From: Treponemataceae bacterium | GTDB taxonomy: Bacteria > Spirochaetota > Spirochaetia > Treponematales > Rectinemataceae | Length of the DNA: 64,000 bases | NCBI GenBank assembly: GCA_963678065.2 | Contig: CAXXVZ010000005.1 | Coordinates: forward strand, 544,001-608,000 | Direction of reading: 5' to 3' | Shown: in pieces, positions 18,323 through 27,112 of the stretch | Layout of the letters: every line of letters begins with the position of its first letter | Numbering within the stretch: position 1 is the stretch's first letter | Notes under the pieces: model-generated | What the model was told of the DNA's origin: nothing | The model's database searches: none | What the model saw: the letters and a program-made list of their open reading frames with translations, nothing else | Position numbers and translations under genes: made by a program

Positions 18323-19144
18323 TCAACCTTTGAGCGATCCGGCCGTGAGGCCGTCGATTATGTATCGCTGCATCGAGAAATACACGATGAGCATGGGAGC
18401 CATGACGAGCATCATGAAGGCGAAGACGATGCCCCAGTTCGTCTGGTACTGCGAGACGAAGCTGTAGATCGAGATCATGATCGTCCACTTCCTGAAATCG
18501 GAAACGAGATAGAAGGAGCCGAAAAAGTCATCCCAGACCGCTATCGAGACGACGATCGTCGTGGTGACGACGACGGTCATAAGTAGGGGCATGACGATCT
18601 GGAAAAACATGCGCAGGTATCCGCAGCCTTCCAGTAAGGCCGATTCGTCGAGCTCCTTCGGGATCGTCTTCATGAATCCCGTCAGGAGGAAAATCGAGAA
18701 AGGAAGGTTGACCGCCATGTAGTACAGGATGATTCCGGGATACGTGTTGTGCAGATGGAGGCTCATCATGAGACGGATCGTCGGAATGATGGACACCGGA
18801 ATTATGAGGCCCAGAAAGAACACGAGGTAGGCGGCGCGGGAGAAGCGTCCCGGTCTTCTCTGGATCACGAAGGCCGCCATCGCCGCGAATATGTCGGTGA
18901 GAAGGACGGTCACCACACCGATTATCAGCGTGTTGAGGAATCCCCTGAGCACGGAGGGCTTCGAGAGCACGACGGAATAATTCTTCCAGACGAATTCCTT
19001 CGGCCAGGCGAGGCTGAAGAGGGCGGACTCGCGGGCGTTCTTGAAGGAACTGATGAAGATCATCGCGAAGGGCACGATTATCACGAGCGAGACGAGGGCG
19101 CTCGCGGCGAAGAGCGCTATCTGCGCGGGTTTTCTGGTTTTCAC
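18323..19144 (-). CDS. Carbohydrate ABC transporter permease
   Basis: IPKELDESALLEG EAA loop, multiple TM segments; GTG start at 19144. Confidence 0.9.
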   Translation of the reverse strand: MKTRKPAQIALFAASALVSLVIIVPFAMIFISSFKNARESALFSLAWPKEFVWKNYSVVLSKPSVLRGFLNTLIIGVVTVLLTDIFAAMAAFVIQRRPGRFSRAAYLVFFLGLIIPVSIIPTIRLMMSLHLHNTYPGIILYYMAVNLPFSIFLLTGFMKTIPKELDESALLEGCGYLRMFFQIVMPLLMTVVVTTTIVVSIAVWDDFFGSFYLVSDFRKWTIMISIYSFVSQYQTNWGIVFAFMMLVMAPMLIVYFSMQRYIIDGLTAGSLKG

Positions 19145-20052
19145 AGCTCGACCTCCCTCTTGCGGAGCCAGAACAGCACGGGGAAACCGATGGCGATGAT
19201 GAGGAGGGTGAGGAGAAGATTCGCCGCCGTGCCGTAGCCGTACCTGCCGAGACTGAACTCGCTCATCACGTAGGTGTTGACGACCTCGGTCGCGTAGCCG
19301 GGACCCCCGTTCGTGAGGACGAGTATCATGACGAAGACCTTCATGGTTCCGATGAGGGAGAGCACGAGGTTGACCGTCACCGATGGGGAGATGAGGGGAA
19401 ACATGATGTGGCGGAAGGTCTTCCAGTAGCGGGCTCCGTCCAGGGCCGCGGTTTCGTATAACTCCGTGGGTATCATCTGCAGTCCCGCGAGGTAGATGAC
19501 CATGGCGAAGCCCGAAGTGCGCCACACGTCGACCATGATCGTCGAGAAGAGGGCGTATTTCGGATCGTTGAGCCAGTCCACCGCGAGGAATTTCAGGCCG
19601 ACGAGCTTCAGCCCCTCGTTGAGCAGGCCGTGCGAGGGCTGGTAGATGGCCGTGAAGAGGTAGCCGATGATGAGGGGCGAAATGACGTAGGGCAGGAATA
19701 TGAGAGTGCGGAAGAGGTTCTGCATCCGGATCTTCGTGTTGAGCATGAGGGCCAGAAGAAGCCCGATCGCGTTGCGCAGGAAGGTCACGGCGAAGGCGTA
19801 GATCAGGGTGTTGACGAGGGCGGCAACGAGTTTTTTGTCCGCGAAGAGTTCGCGGAAATTCTGCAATCCGATGAACTTGATGCTCGTCGTGTTGATGTTC
19901 CAGTCCGTCAGGCTGTAGTACAGGCCGGTCAGCGTGGGGGTCAGGAAAAGCAGGGCAAAAACCCCGAGGGCGGGAAAGAGGAAATAGTAGGGATAGCCTC
20001 TTCGTGTGGATTGCGGCACGGTGTATTCAGCCTCCATGACGGTCGTTCGCAT
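19141..20052 (-). CDS. Carbohydrate ABC transporter permease
   Basis: YLAGLQMIPTELYETAALDGA. Confidence 0.9.
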   Translation of the reverse strand: MRTTVMEAEYTVPQSTRRGYPYYFLFPALGVFALLFLTPTLTGLYYSLTDWNINTTSIKFIGLQNFRELFADKKLVAALVNTLIYAFAVTFLRNAIGLLLALMLNTKIRMQNLFRTLIFLPYVISPLIIGYLFTAIYQPSHGLLNEGLKLVGLKFLAVDWLNDPKYALFSTIMVDVWRTSGFAMVIYLAGLQMIPTELYETAALDGARYWKTFRHIMFPLISPSVTVNLVLSLIGTMKVFVMILVLTNGGPGYATEVVNTYVMSEFSLGRYGYGTAANLLLTLLIIAIGFPVLFWLRKREVEL

Positions 20053-20069
20053 CGTGTTTTTCGAAATGG

Positions 20070-20113
20070 AAAAGAAAGAGGCCGGCGGGCCACGCGGCGC
20101 TGCCGGCCTCTTT
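20070..20113 (-). terminator. Hairpin with U-tract after the solute-binding gene
   Basis: AAAGAGGCCGGC (20075-86) pairs with GCCGGCCTCTTT (20102-13); followed by a T-run on the minus strand. Confidence 0.6.
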
Positions 20114-20124
20114 CCGCAGATGGA

Positions 20125-21399
20125 TCAGAATCCGGGAAGGGCGCGGGCCTTGCCGGTCTTGCGGAAGTTTTCGTCGAGCATGTCGAGGCCGGCCTGGACC
20201 TTGCCGTCCATGTAGATGGTCTGGATGATCTTCGGGTAGTCGGTGAAGGAGGAGGAGAGCCTGTTCTGGACATTGATCTTGGCTTTTCCGGCCTTCACGT
20301 AGGCGAGAACGTCGGCCTGGGCCGGGTAGAGGGTCGAGGTGGCTTCGGTGAAGACGGGGATGCCGGGCATGACCTTGTAGAGGATGTCCACGTTGGCCTT
20401 CTCGGTCATGAAGCGGACGAGTTCGACGGCTTCCTTGACGTTCTTGGTCAGGCGGGGAACGAGGATCTGGCCGGCGGGAGAGAGCATCGCGATGCCCTTG
20501 TCCTTGTCGGAGGGCAGGGGGAACCAGCCGACATTGTCGACCACGTACTGCTTGCCGAACTTCATTTCGAGGGCGGAGAGGAAGGCCGGGATCTGTGTGA
20601 CCATGGCCACCTTGTTCTGGCCGAAGAGCTCCTGCTGCTCCTCGTAGGTGCCGGCGAGAACGTTTTCCTGGACATAGCCGGCCTTCATGAGGTCGTACTG
20701 GCGCTGGAGGACATCCGCGAGGGCCGGGATGGCGTTCAGCCTGAGCTCGTTCTTCTCGAGCTTGCGCACGCCCGAGTCGCCGATGGCCGGGTCGACGAAG
20801 GTAGTCCAGCCGGAGAGGGAGAATACCTGGAGCGGCCAGCCGGTCTTCACGGCATCGTAGAGAGGAATGTAGCCCGCCGCCTTGGCGGCCTTGAGGATGG
20901 CTACGAAATCCGCCCAGTTGTTCGGCATGGATTTGCCGAGGGCCTTGAAGACGGCCTTGTTGTAGTAAACGCCCATGGATCCGGTCGAGCCCCAGGGAAT
21001 ACCGTAGATCTTGTCGTCGAGGGTCTGGAAATCGACGGTTGAGGGCGCGATCCTCTTGATGATCGGATCGTCGGTCCAGTCGTAGAGGGTCTCGTCGGCC
21101 CTGAACTTGATGTACTGCTTGGTGCCCGCGTCCATCTCGAAGAGGTCGGGATAGTCCTTGGTGGCGAAACGGGTCTGCATGAGGCGGCCGAATTCTTCGC
21201 CGGAGGGGAGGGCCTGGATTTCGACGGTGATTCCCGTCCTGGCCTTGAAGGCCGCGAAAATCTGCTCGTAGGCAGCGGGATTCGTCTCGTTCTTCATGAC
21301 GAATGTCAGGGTTTTCTTCGCCTGCGCGCTCACCGATGCGGGGACGAGAGTCGCGAGGATGGCGAGTGCGAGCAGGGACAACAGGATCTTCTTTTTCAT
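20125..21399 (-). CDS. Carbohydrate ABC transporter solute-binding protein (SBP_bac_1-like)
   Basis: GGAGG RBS, signal peptide MKKKILLSLLAL...AQA, GIPWG...VYYNK. Confidence 0.88.
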   Translation of the reverse strand: MKKKILLSLLALAILATLVPASVSAQAKKTLTFVMKNETNPAAYEQIFAAFKARTGITVEIQALPSGEEFGRLMQTRFATKDYPDLFEMDAGTKQYIKFRADETLYDWTDDPIIKRIAPSTVDFQTLDDKIYGIPWGSTGSMGVYYNKAVFKALGKSMPNNWADFVAILKAAKAAGYIPLYDAVKTGWPLQVFSLSGWTTFVDPAIGDSGVRKLEKNELRLNAIPALADVLQRQYDLMKAGYVQENVLAGTYEEQQELFGQNKVAMVTQIPAFLSALEMKFGKQYVVDNVGWFPLPSDKDKGIAMLSPAGQILVPRLTKNVKEAVELVRFMTEKANVDILYKVMPGIPVFTEATSTLYPAQADVLAYVKAGKAKINVQNRLSSSFTDYPKIIQTIYMDGKVQAGLDMLDENFRKTGKARALPGF

Positions 21400-21487
21400 C
21401 CAACACCTCCATTGATGGTCGGGATGACCACATTGCGCGCGGACCTCATTCAAAGGCCGCGCTTGATCGCGAAGACATAGAAAACAT

Positions 21488-21590
21488 AAAACATATGATG
21501 TCTTATGCTTTGCAACTGCATGATACAGCCACTCTTGAAATCTGTAAAGAAAAATCTTTCGAAAAAAATCGAAAATATACGAAATAAATA
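21488..21590. promoter_or_regulatory. Candidate operators: ACATATGATGT pseudo-palindrome and CGAAA repeats at 10-bp spacing
   Basis: AAACATATGATGTCT at 21489-21503; CGAAA at 21560, 21570 and 21580. Confidence 0.5.
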
Positions 21591-21728
21591 CGCGCTGCGA
21601 GTGGCCACGAGTGACCGCTTTCCGGGTTCCCGGGCCTCCGGCCGTCGGCAGGGCCGGCGGCGGGGCCGACGCAGGGCCAGAGGCGGCACATTCCTCGCCT
21701 CTGGCCCTGCCGACGGTCTTCGTCGGGG

Positions 21729-24512
21729 TCAGTCGACCGAAAGCCCGAAGGAGTACGACCCGGAGGCCACCGAGAGGCAGAGCCTGTCTTTGCGCAGCAC
21801 CGGCCCGGCGAGGAGCCAACGCGGCGCACCGCCGTCTTTGCCGGCGCTCTCCACAGAGCGGGCCGGGAGGAGCTCTCCGGATTCCGAAAGGACGGGATTC
21901 TCCCCGTGAACCGGAATCTCGAGCTCGGCCGTGACGCCCACGGGAAGGTCGACGGCGATGGAAAAGCCCTTCTCACTCCGCTTCCACGACGCACAGACGG
22001 TGCCGCGGATCGTGTCGACCTTCGCCCCCGCGTGATTGAGGTCATCGAAGGCGTAAGGCTTGATCCGCAGGCTCCGCCATCCGGCTTCGAGCGGCACGAT
22101 GCCGCCGAGGCTGCGGTAGAACCAGGCATCGACCGAACCGAACATGATGTGGTTGTGGCTGTTCATGCCCATGCCGCCGAGTTTTTCCCAGCGTTCCCAG
22201 AGTGTTGTCGCGCCCTCGGCGACCATGTAGCCCCAGCCCGGGTAACTCGTCTGCGTGACGATGGCCCAGGCGAGGTCGGCGCGGCCGCCCTCGCGCAGCA
22301 CCTCGAGAAGGTAGCGCGCTCCGACGATGCCCGCGTCGATATGGCCGTCCGCGTTTTTGACCACCGCTTCGACGAGTCGGGCGAAGGCTCTCTCCTTCTG
22401 CCCCGCGGGGACCATGTCGTGGTAGATGGGCAGAGCCTGGGAGGTCTGGCCGACTGTCCTGTCGATCTTGCTCATGGGAACGGTCGCGTAGCGGCCGTCG
22501 GCCAGAAGGAATTCCGCGTTGAAGGCCGCCGCGATCTCCGCGGCTCTTGCGGCATAGACGGCTGCCTCGCCGTGCTTCCCGAGAACCGCGGCGATCCGGG
22601 AGAACACGAGCGTGTCGTTGTACAGGTACCAGGTCGAGGTGAGCTCGATCGGGGTTTTCTTGGGGTAGATGCAGCCGGGCGGGCACCAGTCTCCGTAGCG
22701 GCCGAGCGAGTCGTTGATGTGCCCCGGAGAGTTCGCGTCGAGGAAATCGACGTAGCGCCTCATGCCCTCGTAATGGCGTTCGAGGATCTCGAGGTCGCCG
22801 TACATGGCGTACATGGCCCATGCGAGGGTGACGTAGGCGCTGCCCCAGGCGGGGTCCGTCGGGTAGAGGGGCCAGTAGGGCGGCACGACATCGGAGAGGC
22901 TGCCGTCCGTAAGCTGGGCGAGGCGGATGTCCTCGAGGTATTTCGCGTAGAAACCGGCCATGTCGAAGTTGTTGCAGGCTTCCTCGCTCGCGAGCTGGGC
23001 GTCGCCGAGCCAGCCCATGCGCTCGCCGCGCTGGGGACAGTCGGTGGGTGCGCTCATGAGGTTGGAGAGCTGTCCCCAGAGAATGTTGGAGTGGATTCTG
23101 TTCACGAGTTGGTTCGAGCAGAGGAAGGCGCCTGTCCTCTCGACGTCGGTGTGGATGACGAGGCCTTCGAGGGTATCGACCGTCGGTATTCCGGGAAATC
23201 CCCTCAACTCGGCGTAGCGGAAGCCGTGATAGGTGAAGCGCGGTTCGAAGGTCTCGAGGCCTTCGCCCTTCAGGATGAAGAGGTCCGAGGACTGGGATTC
23301 ACGGTTCGTCCCCAGATTGAGGCTCCCCGATCCGGTCAGAAGTTCGGAGAAACGTATTCTGATCCCTGTGCCGCGCGGTCCCTCGGCTCTGAGTCGGACA
23401 ACGCCGGAAAAATTCTGGCCGAAGTCGAAGATGTGGACGCCGGGTTCGGGGGAAGACAGGGCCCGGGCGGGCATTGTCGCGACGACCCTGATCGGGGGGA
23501 GGACTTGAGCCTCCAGCTTCGGGCCGTCCACTATTTCCGCCGGGCGCCAGGCGGAGTCGTCGAATCCCGGGAGATCCCAGCCGGGCTGTTCGAGTCGGGC
23601 GTCGTAGACCTCGCCCGAGTAGATGCCGTTGTGGACGATGGGGCCGTGGGATGTCTTCCAGGAGCCCTCGCTCACGACGACGCGCCTCGCGCCGTCGTCG
23701 AACTCGAGGAGGAGCTGAAGCATGAGGCGGGGCTTCCCGAAACCGTAGGCGTCGACGTAGCGTCCGTTGCCGAGGATGACGCCGAGGGCGTTCTCTCCGG
23801 TCCTGAGGGAGTCCGTGACATTGTGGACCGAGTAGAGGGCGCGGAGACGGTAGTCGGTCTGGCCGGGGTCGAGGCGGTTCCGCCCGGCCCGGCGGCCGTT
23901 GACGAAGCACTCGTTGTAGCCGAGGCCGCAGACATACATGCAGGCGCGGACAGGCAATCTCTCCAGCGAGAAGCTGGAGCGAAGGTAGATGCCGTGGTAG
24001 AGGCGCGCGGCGACGTGGCGGTTGTTGTTGATGTCGCCCTCGACGAGCAGCACGGTCGTCTCGTCGAATTCCGGCTCCGGCATGGAAATCCACGAGGACT
24101 TCCAGGAATCCGGATCGAGGATGGCTGTCTCGAAGGAGGAGAGGGCCCAGGGGCTCTCGGCGAGATCGACGGCATCGGCGCCGCTCTTCTTTTCGCCGGT
24201 GGCGGCGCACCATATCTTCACCGCCCAGAAAAACCGCGTACACTCCGGCAGACCGGCACCGCCGAAGCGGACGAGGTTGTTCTCTCCCGATTCGACCTTC
24301 CCGGAATCCCAGACTGCGCCGACGCCGGCCAGGGCAGATTCTTTGTCCCGGGAGACGATTATGCGGTAGGCTTTCTGGGTCGATCCCCGGCGCTCGTCGC
24401 GGGGTACCCACGAGAAGCGCGGCTTCGCGGTGTCGACAACCACCACCGCGGAGCTGTCAGCCTCGAGAGGCTCCGGCATGTGTTCACACTTGAGTCCGCT
24501 TATCCGTATCAC
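21729..24512 (-). CDS. GH78 alpha-L-rhamnosidase-family glycoside hydrolase
   Basis: DFGQNFSG, FTYHGFRY, PTDCPQRGERMGWLGD, GATTLWERW, SHNHIMFG. Confidence 0.92.
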   Translation of the reverse strand: MIRISGLKCEHMPEPLEADSSAVVVVDTAKPRFSWVPRDERRGSTQKAYRIIVSRDKESALAGVGAVWDSGKVESGENNLVRFGGAGLPECTRFFWAVKIWCAATGEKKSGADAVDLAESPWALSSFETAILDPDSWKSSWISMPEPEFDETTVLLVEGDINNNRHVAARLYHGIYLRSSFSLERLPVRACMYVCGLGYNECFVNGRRAGRNRLDPGQTDYRLRALYSVHNVTDSLRTGENALGVILGNGRYVDAYGFGKPRLMLQLLLEFDDGARRVVVSEGSWKTSHGPIVHNGIYSGEVYDARLEQPGWDLPGFDDSAWRPAEIVDGPKLEAQVLPPIRVVATMPARALSSPEPGVHIFDFGQNFSGVVRLRAEGPRGTGIRIRFSELLTGSGSLNLGTNRESQSSDLFILKGEGLETFEPRFTYHGFRYAELRGFPGIPTVDTLEGLVIHTDVERTGAFLCSNQLVNRIHSNILWGQLSNLMSAPTDCPQRGERMGWLGDAQLASEEACNNFDMAGFYAKYLEDIRLAQLTDGSLSDVVPPYWPLYPTDPAWGSAYVTLAWAMYAMYGDLEILERHYEGMRRYVDFLDANSPGHINDSLGRYGDWCPPGCIYPKKTPIELTSTWYLYNDTLVFSRIAAVLGKHGEAAVYAARAAEIAAAFNAEFLLADGRYATVPMSKIDRTVGQTSQALPIYHDMVPAGQKERAFARLVEAVVKNADGHIDAGIVGARYLLEVLREGGRADLAWAIVTQTSYPGWGYMVAEGATTLWERWEKLGGMGMNSHNHIMFGSVDAWFYRSLGGIVPLEAGWRSLRIKPYAFDDLNHAGAKVDTIRGTVCASWKRSEKGFSIAVDLPVGVTAELEIPVHGENPVLSESGELLPARSVESAGKDGGAPRWLLAGPVLRKDRLCLSVASGSYSFGLSVD

Positions 24513-25492
24513 AGTTTTTTCCTCCCCGCGGCGGCCCGCGCCGCGGTTTTTATGTCAGTTATGGACATCCCATATTTGTCGAGAAGGGCCTCGCCCTCAC
24601 CCGATTCGGGAAAGACGTCGCGAAGTCCCATTCTCTCGATGGGTACAGGGTACCATGCGGCGGCGGTTTCCGCGATGGCGCTGCCGAGACCGCCGATTAC
24701 GGTATGGTCCTCGAGTGTAAGAGCGGCGCCCGTCCGAGCGAGCACGGAGGCCACGGTGCCCGTATCCAGGGGCTTTATCGTGTGTACTTCGACGACGCAG
24801 GCGCCGAAGCCTTCGTCTTTCAGTTCGGCGGCGGCGCGCAGCGCCCGCGCAAGAATGGAGCCGCAGGCAAAAATGGCCAGATCATCGCCGTAATTCGCGT
24901 GTATCCGCGCGGCTCCGGGCAGGAATCCCGAGCCCGCGGGCAAGACCCGCGCGTCCTTGCTGCCCGCGACGCGGAGGTAGGCAGGACCGGGCTTCTCGAA
25001 GAGGCTCTCGAAAGCCAGCCCCGCCTGCTCGGGATCGCAGGGGGAAAGGACCCTGAAACCGGGGATGCTCCGGACGATGGAGAGATCCTCGAAGAACTGG
25101 TGGGTGACCCCTTCCCTCTCCCCGGCCGCGATGCCGCCGTTGGCGCCGACAAACTTGACGTCGAGACCAGTGTATCCGACAAAAGTCCTCAATTGCTCGC
25201 AGGCCCTCATGCTGAGAAAGCCCGCATAGGTGGCGACGATCGGTCTGAAGCCGCAGGAGGCGAGGCCGACCGCAAAGGAGACGGCCTGCTGCTCGGCTAT
25301 ACCGACGTCGAAGATGCGGTCGGGGAATCTGGCCGCGAAGCCTGCCATCCTCATCGCCTTGACCGAGTCAGGGCAGACGACGACGATTTTCGGGTCGCGC
25401 TCCGCGAGCCTCAGCGCCGCGGCGGCGACAGCCTCCCGCATGTTGGCGTATTCCGGCCTGTCCGGAGCTGTCGCAAGAAGAGTCGCGTTCAT
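24509..25492 (-). CDS. Split transketolase, C-terminal subunit (copy 1)
   Basis: DVGIAEQ, RACEQLR, GVTHQ, EDHTVIGGLG. Confidence 0.9.
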   Translation of the reverse strand: MNATLLATAPDRPEYANMREAVAAAALRLAERDPKIVVVCPDSVKAMRMAGFAARFPDRIFDVGIAEQQAVSFAVGLASCGFRPIVATYAGFLSMRACEQLRTFVGYTGLDVKFVGANGGIAAGEREGVTHQFFEDLSIVRSIPGFRVLSPCDPEQAGLAFESLFEKPGPAYLRVAGSKDARVLPAGSGFLPGAARIHANYGDDLAIFACGSILARALRAAAELKDEGFGACVVEVHTIKPLDTGTVASVLARTGAALTLEDHTVIGGLGSAIAETAAAWYPVPIERMGLRDVFPESGEGEALLDKYGMSITDIKTAARAAAGRKKL

Positions 25493-26313
25493 CGTGTTCC
25501 TCCCAGGGCTTCCATGGCCGCCGCGTATTCGGCCGCAGTGGGCACCTTCTTGTGCCAGGCGTTCTCGTTCTCCATGAAAGGGACGCCCTTCCCCTTCACC
25601 GTCTTCGCGACGATCATCGAGGGCCTCCCCTCAACGCGGGCCGCCTCGCCGAGGGCGTCGAGGATCTGCGCCATGTCGTGGCCGTCGATCTCGCGGACAT
25701 GCCAGCCGAAGCTCGCGAAGCGCGCTCCGATGTCGCGCATGCCGCTGACCTCCTCGATCCGGCCGTCGCCCTGGAAGCCGTTGTTGTCGACAATCGCGAC
25801 GAGACGGTCAGCCTTGAACCTGACCGCGGAGATTGCGGATTCCCAGACGAGGCCTTCGTTGAGCTCGCCGTCGCCGAGCAGGACATAGACCCGGAAGTCG
25901 GCCCCGAGCATGCGGGAAGCCACGGCCATGCCCGATCCGATACCGATGCCGTGGCCGAGGGAGCCCGCGGTCATGTCGACGCCGGGCGTCTTGTTCATGT
26001 CGGGATGGCCCTGCAGGGGCGAGCCGAGGGTCCTGAGCGTCGCAAGGAGGTCCGGGGAAAAGTACCCTCGCCGCGCGAGCGCCGCGTAGAGCACGGGACA
26101 GGCGTGTCCCTTCGACAGGATGAACCTGTCGCGGTCGGCTTTACGCGGGTCGGCCGGGTCGACGCGCATGACCGAGAAGTACAGCGCGGCGACGATATCG
26201 GCGGCCGAAAGAGAGCCGCCCGCGTGGCCGTCCCCCGATTCCCGGATCATGGTGACGACATCGCGCCGGAGCGTCCGCGCGATCTCTTCAAGCCGGGCTG
26301 TTTCATTGTTCAT
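25489..26313 (-). CDS. Split transketolase, N-terminal subunit (copy 1)
   Basis: GHAGGSLS, LSKGH, LQGHP, GDGE...VDNN ThDP motif. Confidence 0.9.
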   Translation of the reverse strand: MNNETARLEEIARTLRRDVVTMIRESGDGHAGGSLSAADIVAALYFSVMRVDPADPRKADRDRFILSKGHACPVLYAALARRGYFSPDLLATLRTLGSPLQGHPDMNKTPGVDMTAGSLGHGIGIGSGMAVASRMLGADFRVYVLLGDGELNEGLVWESAISAVRFKADRLVAIVDNNGFQGDGRIEEVSGMRDIGARFASFGWHVREIDGHDMAQILDALGEAARVEGRPSMIVAKTVKGKGVPFMENENAWHKKVPTAAEYAAAMEALGGTR

Positions 26314-27112
26314 GGTTCTGCCTTTGCCCCGAGATCGAGGCCTCATGATCGGAACCCTCATTGTCGAGGCCCTCATGATTGAGGAACCTCCAGACATCGT
26401 CGTGTTCGCGGACCATGTCGAGGGCGAGTGAGAGATTGCGCTCGCGCAGTGCCCGCGCCAGCTTCAGGTGCGTCTCAGTGCCGAACCCGGGCCTCATCGT
26501 GGGGGCGAGGAGGTCGATCACGAAGGTGTATACGTTCGCTACGAGGCGGTTGTGGGTCAGCCGTCCGAGTTCGGTGTGGTAGCGCTTGTCGATATCGAAG
26601 AGCGCCCGGGATGCCGGCGGAAGGAGCGCTTCGGGGACCTCGCCGGCTTCGCGCACTCCACCGGCCCCGCCGGCCGCGCACGCTTCGCTCGCGGCCATTT
26701 CCGCGCAAATCTTCTCGATTCCGTCGAAATCCGAGTCCCCCGCGCGGTCGATGATGAGCCTGATGACGCCCTCCTCGACCAGACTCCGGAGCTCCGCGAG
26801 CTCCCCGATCTCGCGCGAGGTGACGAGAAGATTGAACAAGAGCGGATCGAAGAGCATGCCGCCGGACGAAGTCGCCACGTAGGTCCCGTTTCCCCTGCGG
26901 ATCTCGACCACCCCGAAGGCCGAAAGTATCTTCATCGCCTCCCGGATGGAGCCCCTGCTGATCGCCAGAGTCGAAGCGATCTCGTTCTCGCTCGGAAGGA
27001 GATCGCCCGGCTTGAGCTTCCTGTCGATGAGGAGTTGCCTGATCGTCGAGACGACTGTCTCCACGGCCGTGTGGGAGCGATCCCTCGGCGGGAAGACTTC
27101 CAGAACGGGCAT
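26303..27112 (-). CDS. GntR/FadR-family regulator
   Basis: KPGDLLPSENEIASTLAISRGSIREA...RRGNGTYV plus FCD-like C-terminus. Confidence 0.9.
   Translation of the reverse strand: MPVLEVFPPRDRSHTAVETVVSTIRQLLIDRKLKPGDLLPSENEIASTLAISRGSIREAMKILSAFGVVEIRRGNGTYVATSSGGMLFDPLLFNLLVTSREIGELAELRSLVEEGVIRLIIDRAGDSDFDGIEKICAEMAASEACAAGGAGGVREAGEVPEALLPPASRALFDIDKRYHTELGRLTHNRLVANVYTFVIDLLAPTMRPGFGTETHLKLARALRERNLSLALDMVREHDDVWRFLNHEGLDNEGSDHEASISGQRQNHEQ

Noticed and set aside
21906..24893. 995-aa plus-strand ORF and similar long antisense ORFs (3895-6060, 27334-29418, 38230-40521)
   Set aside because: Shadow frames of real genes in GC-rich DNA; no recognisable motifs.
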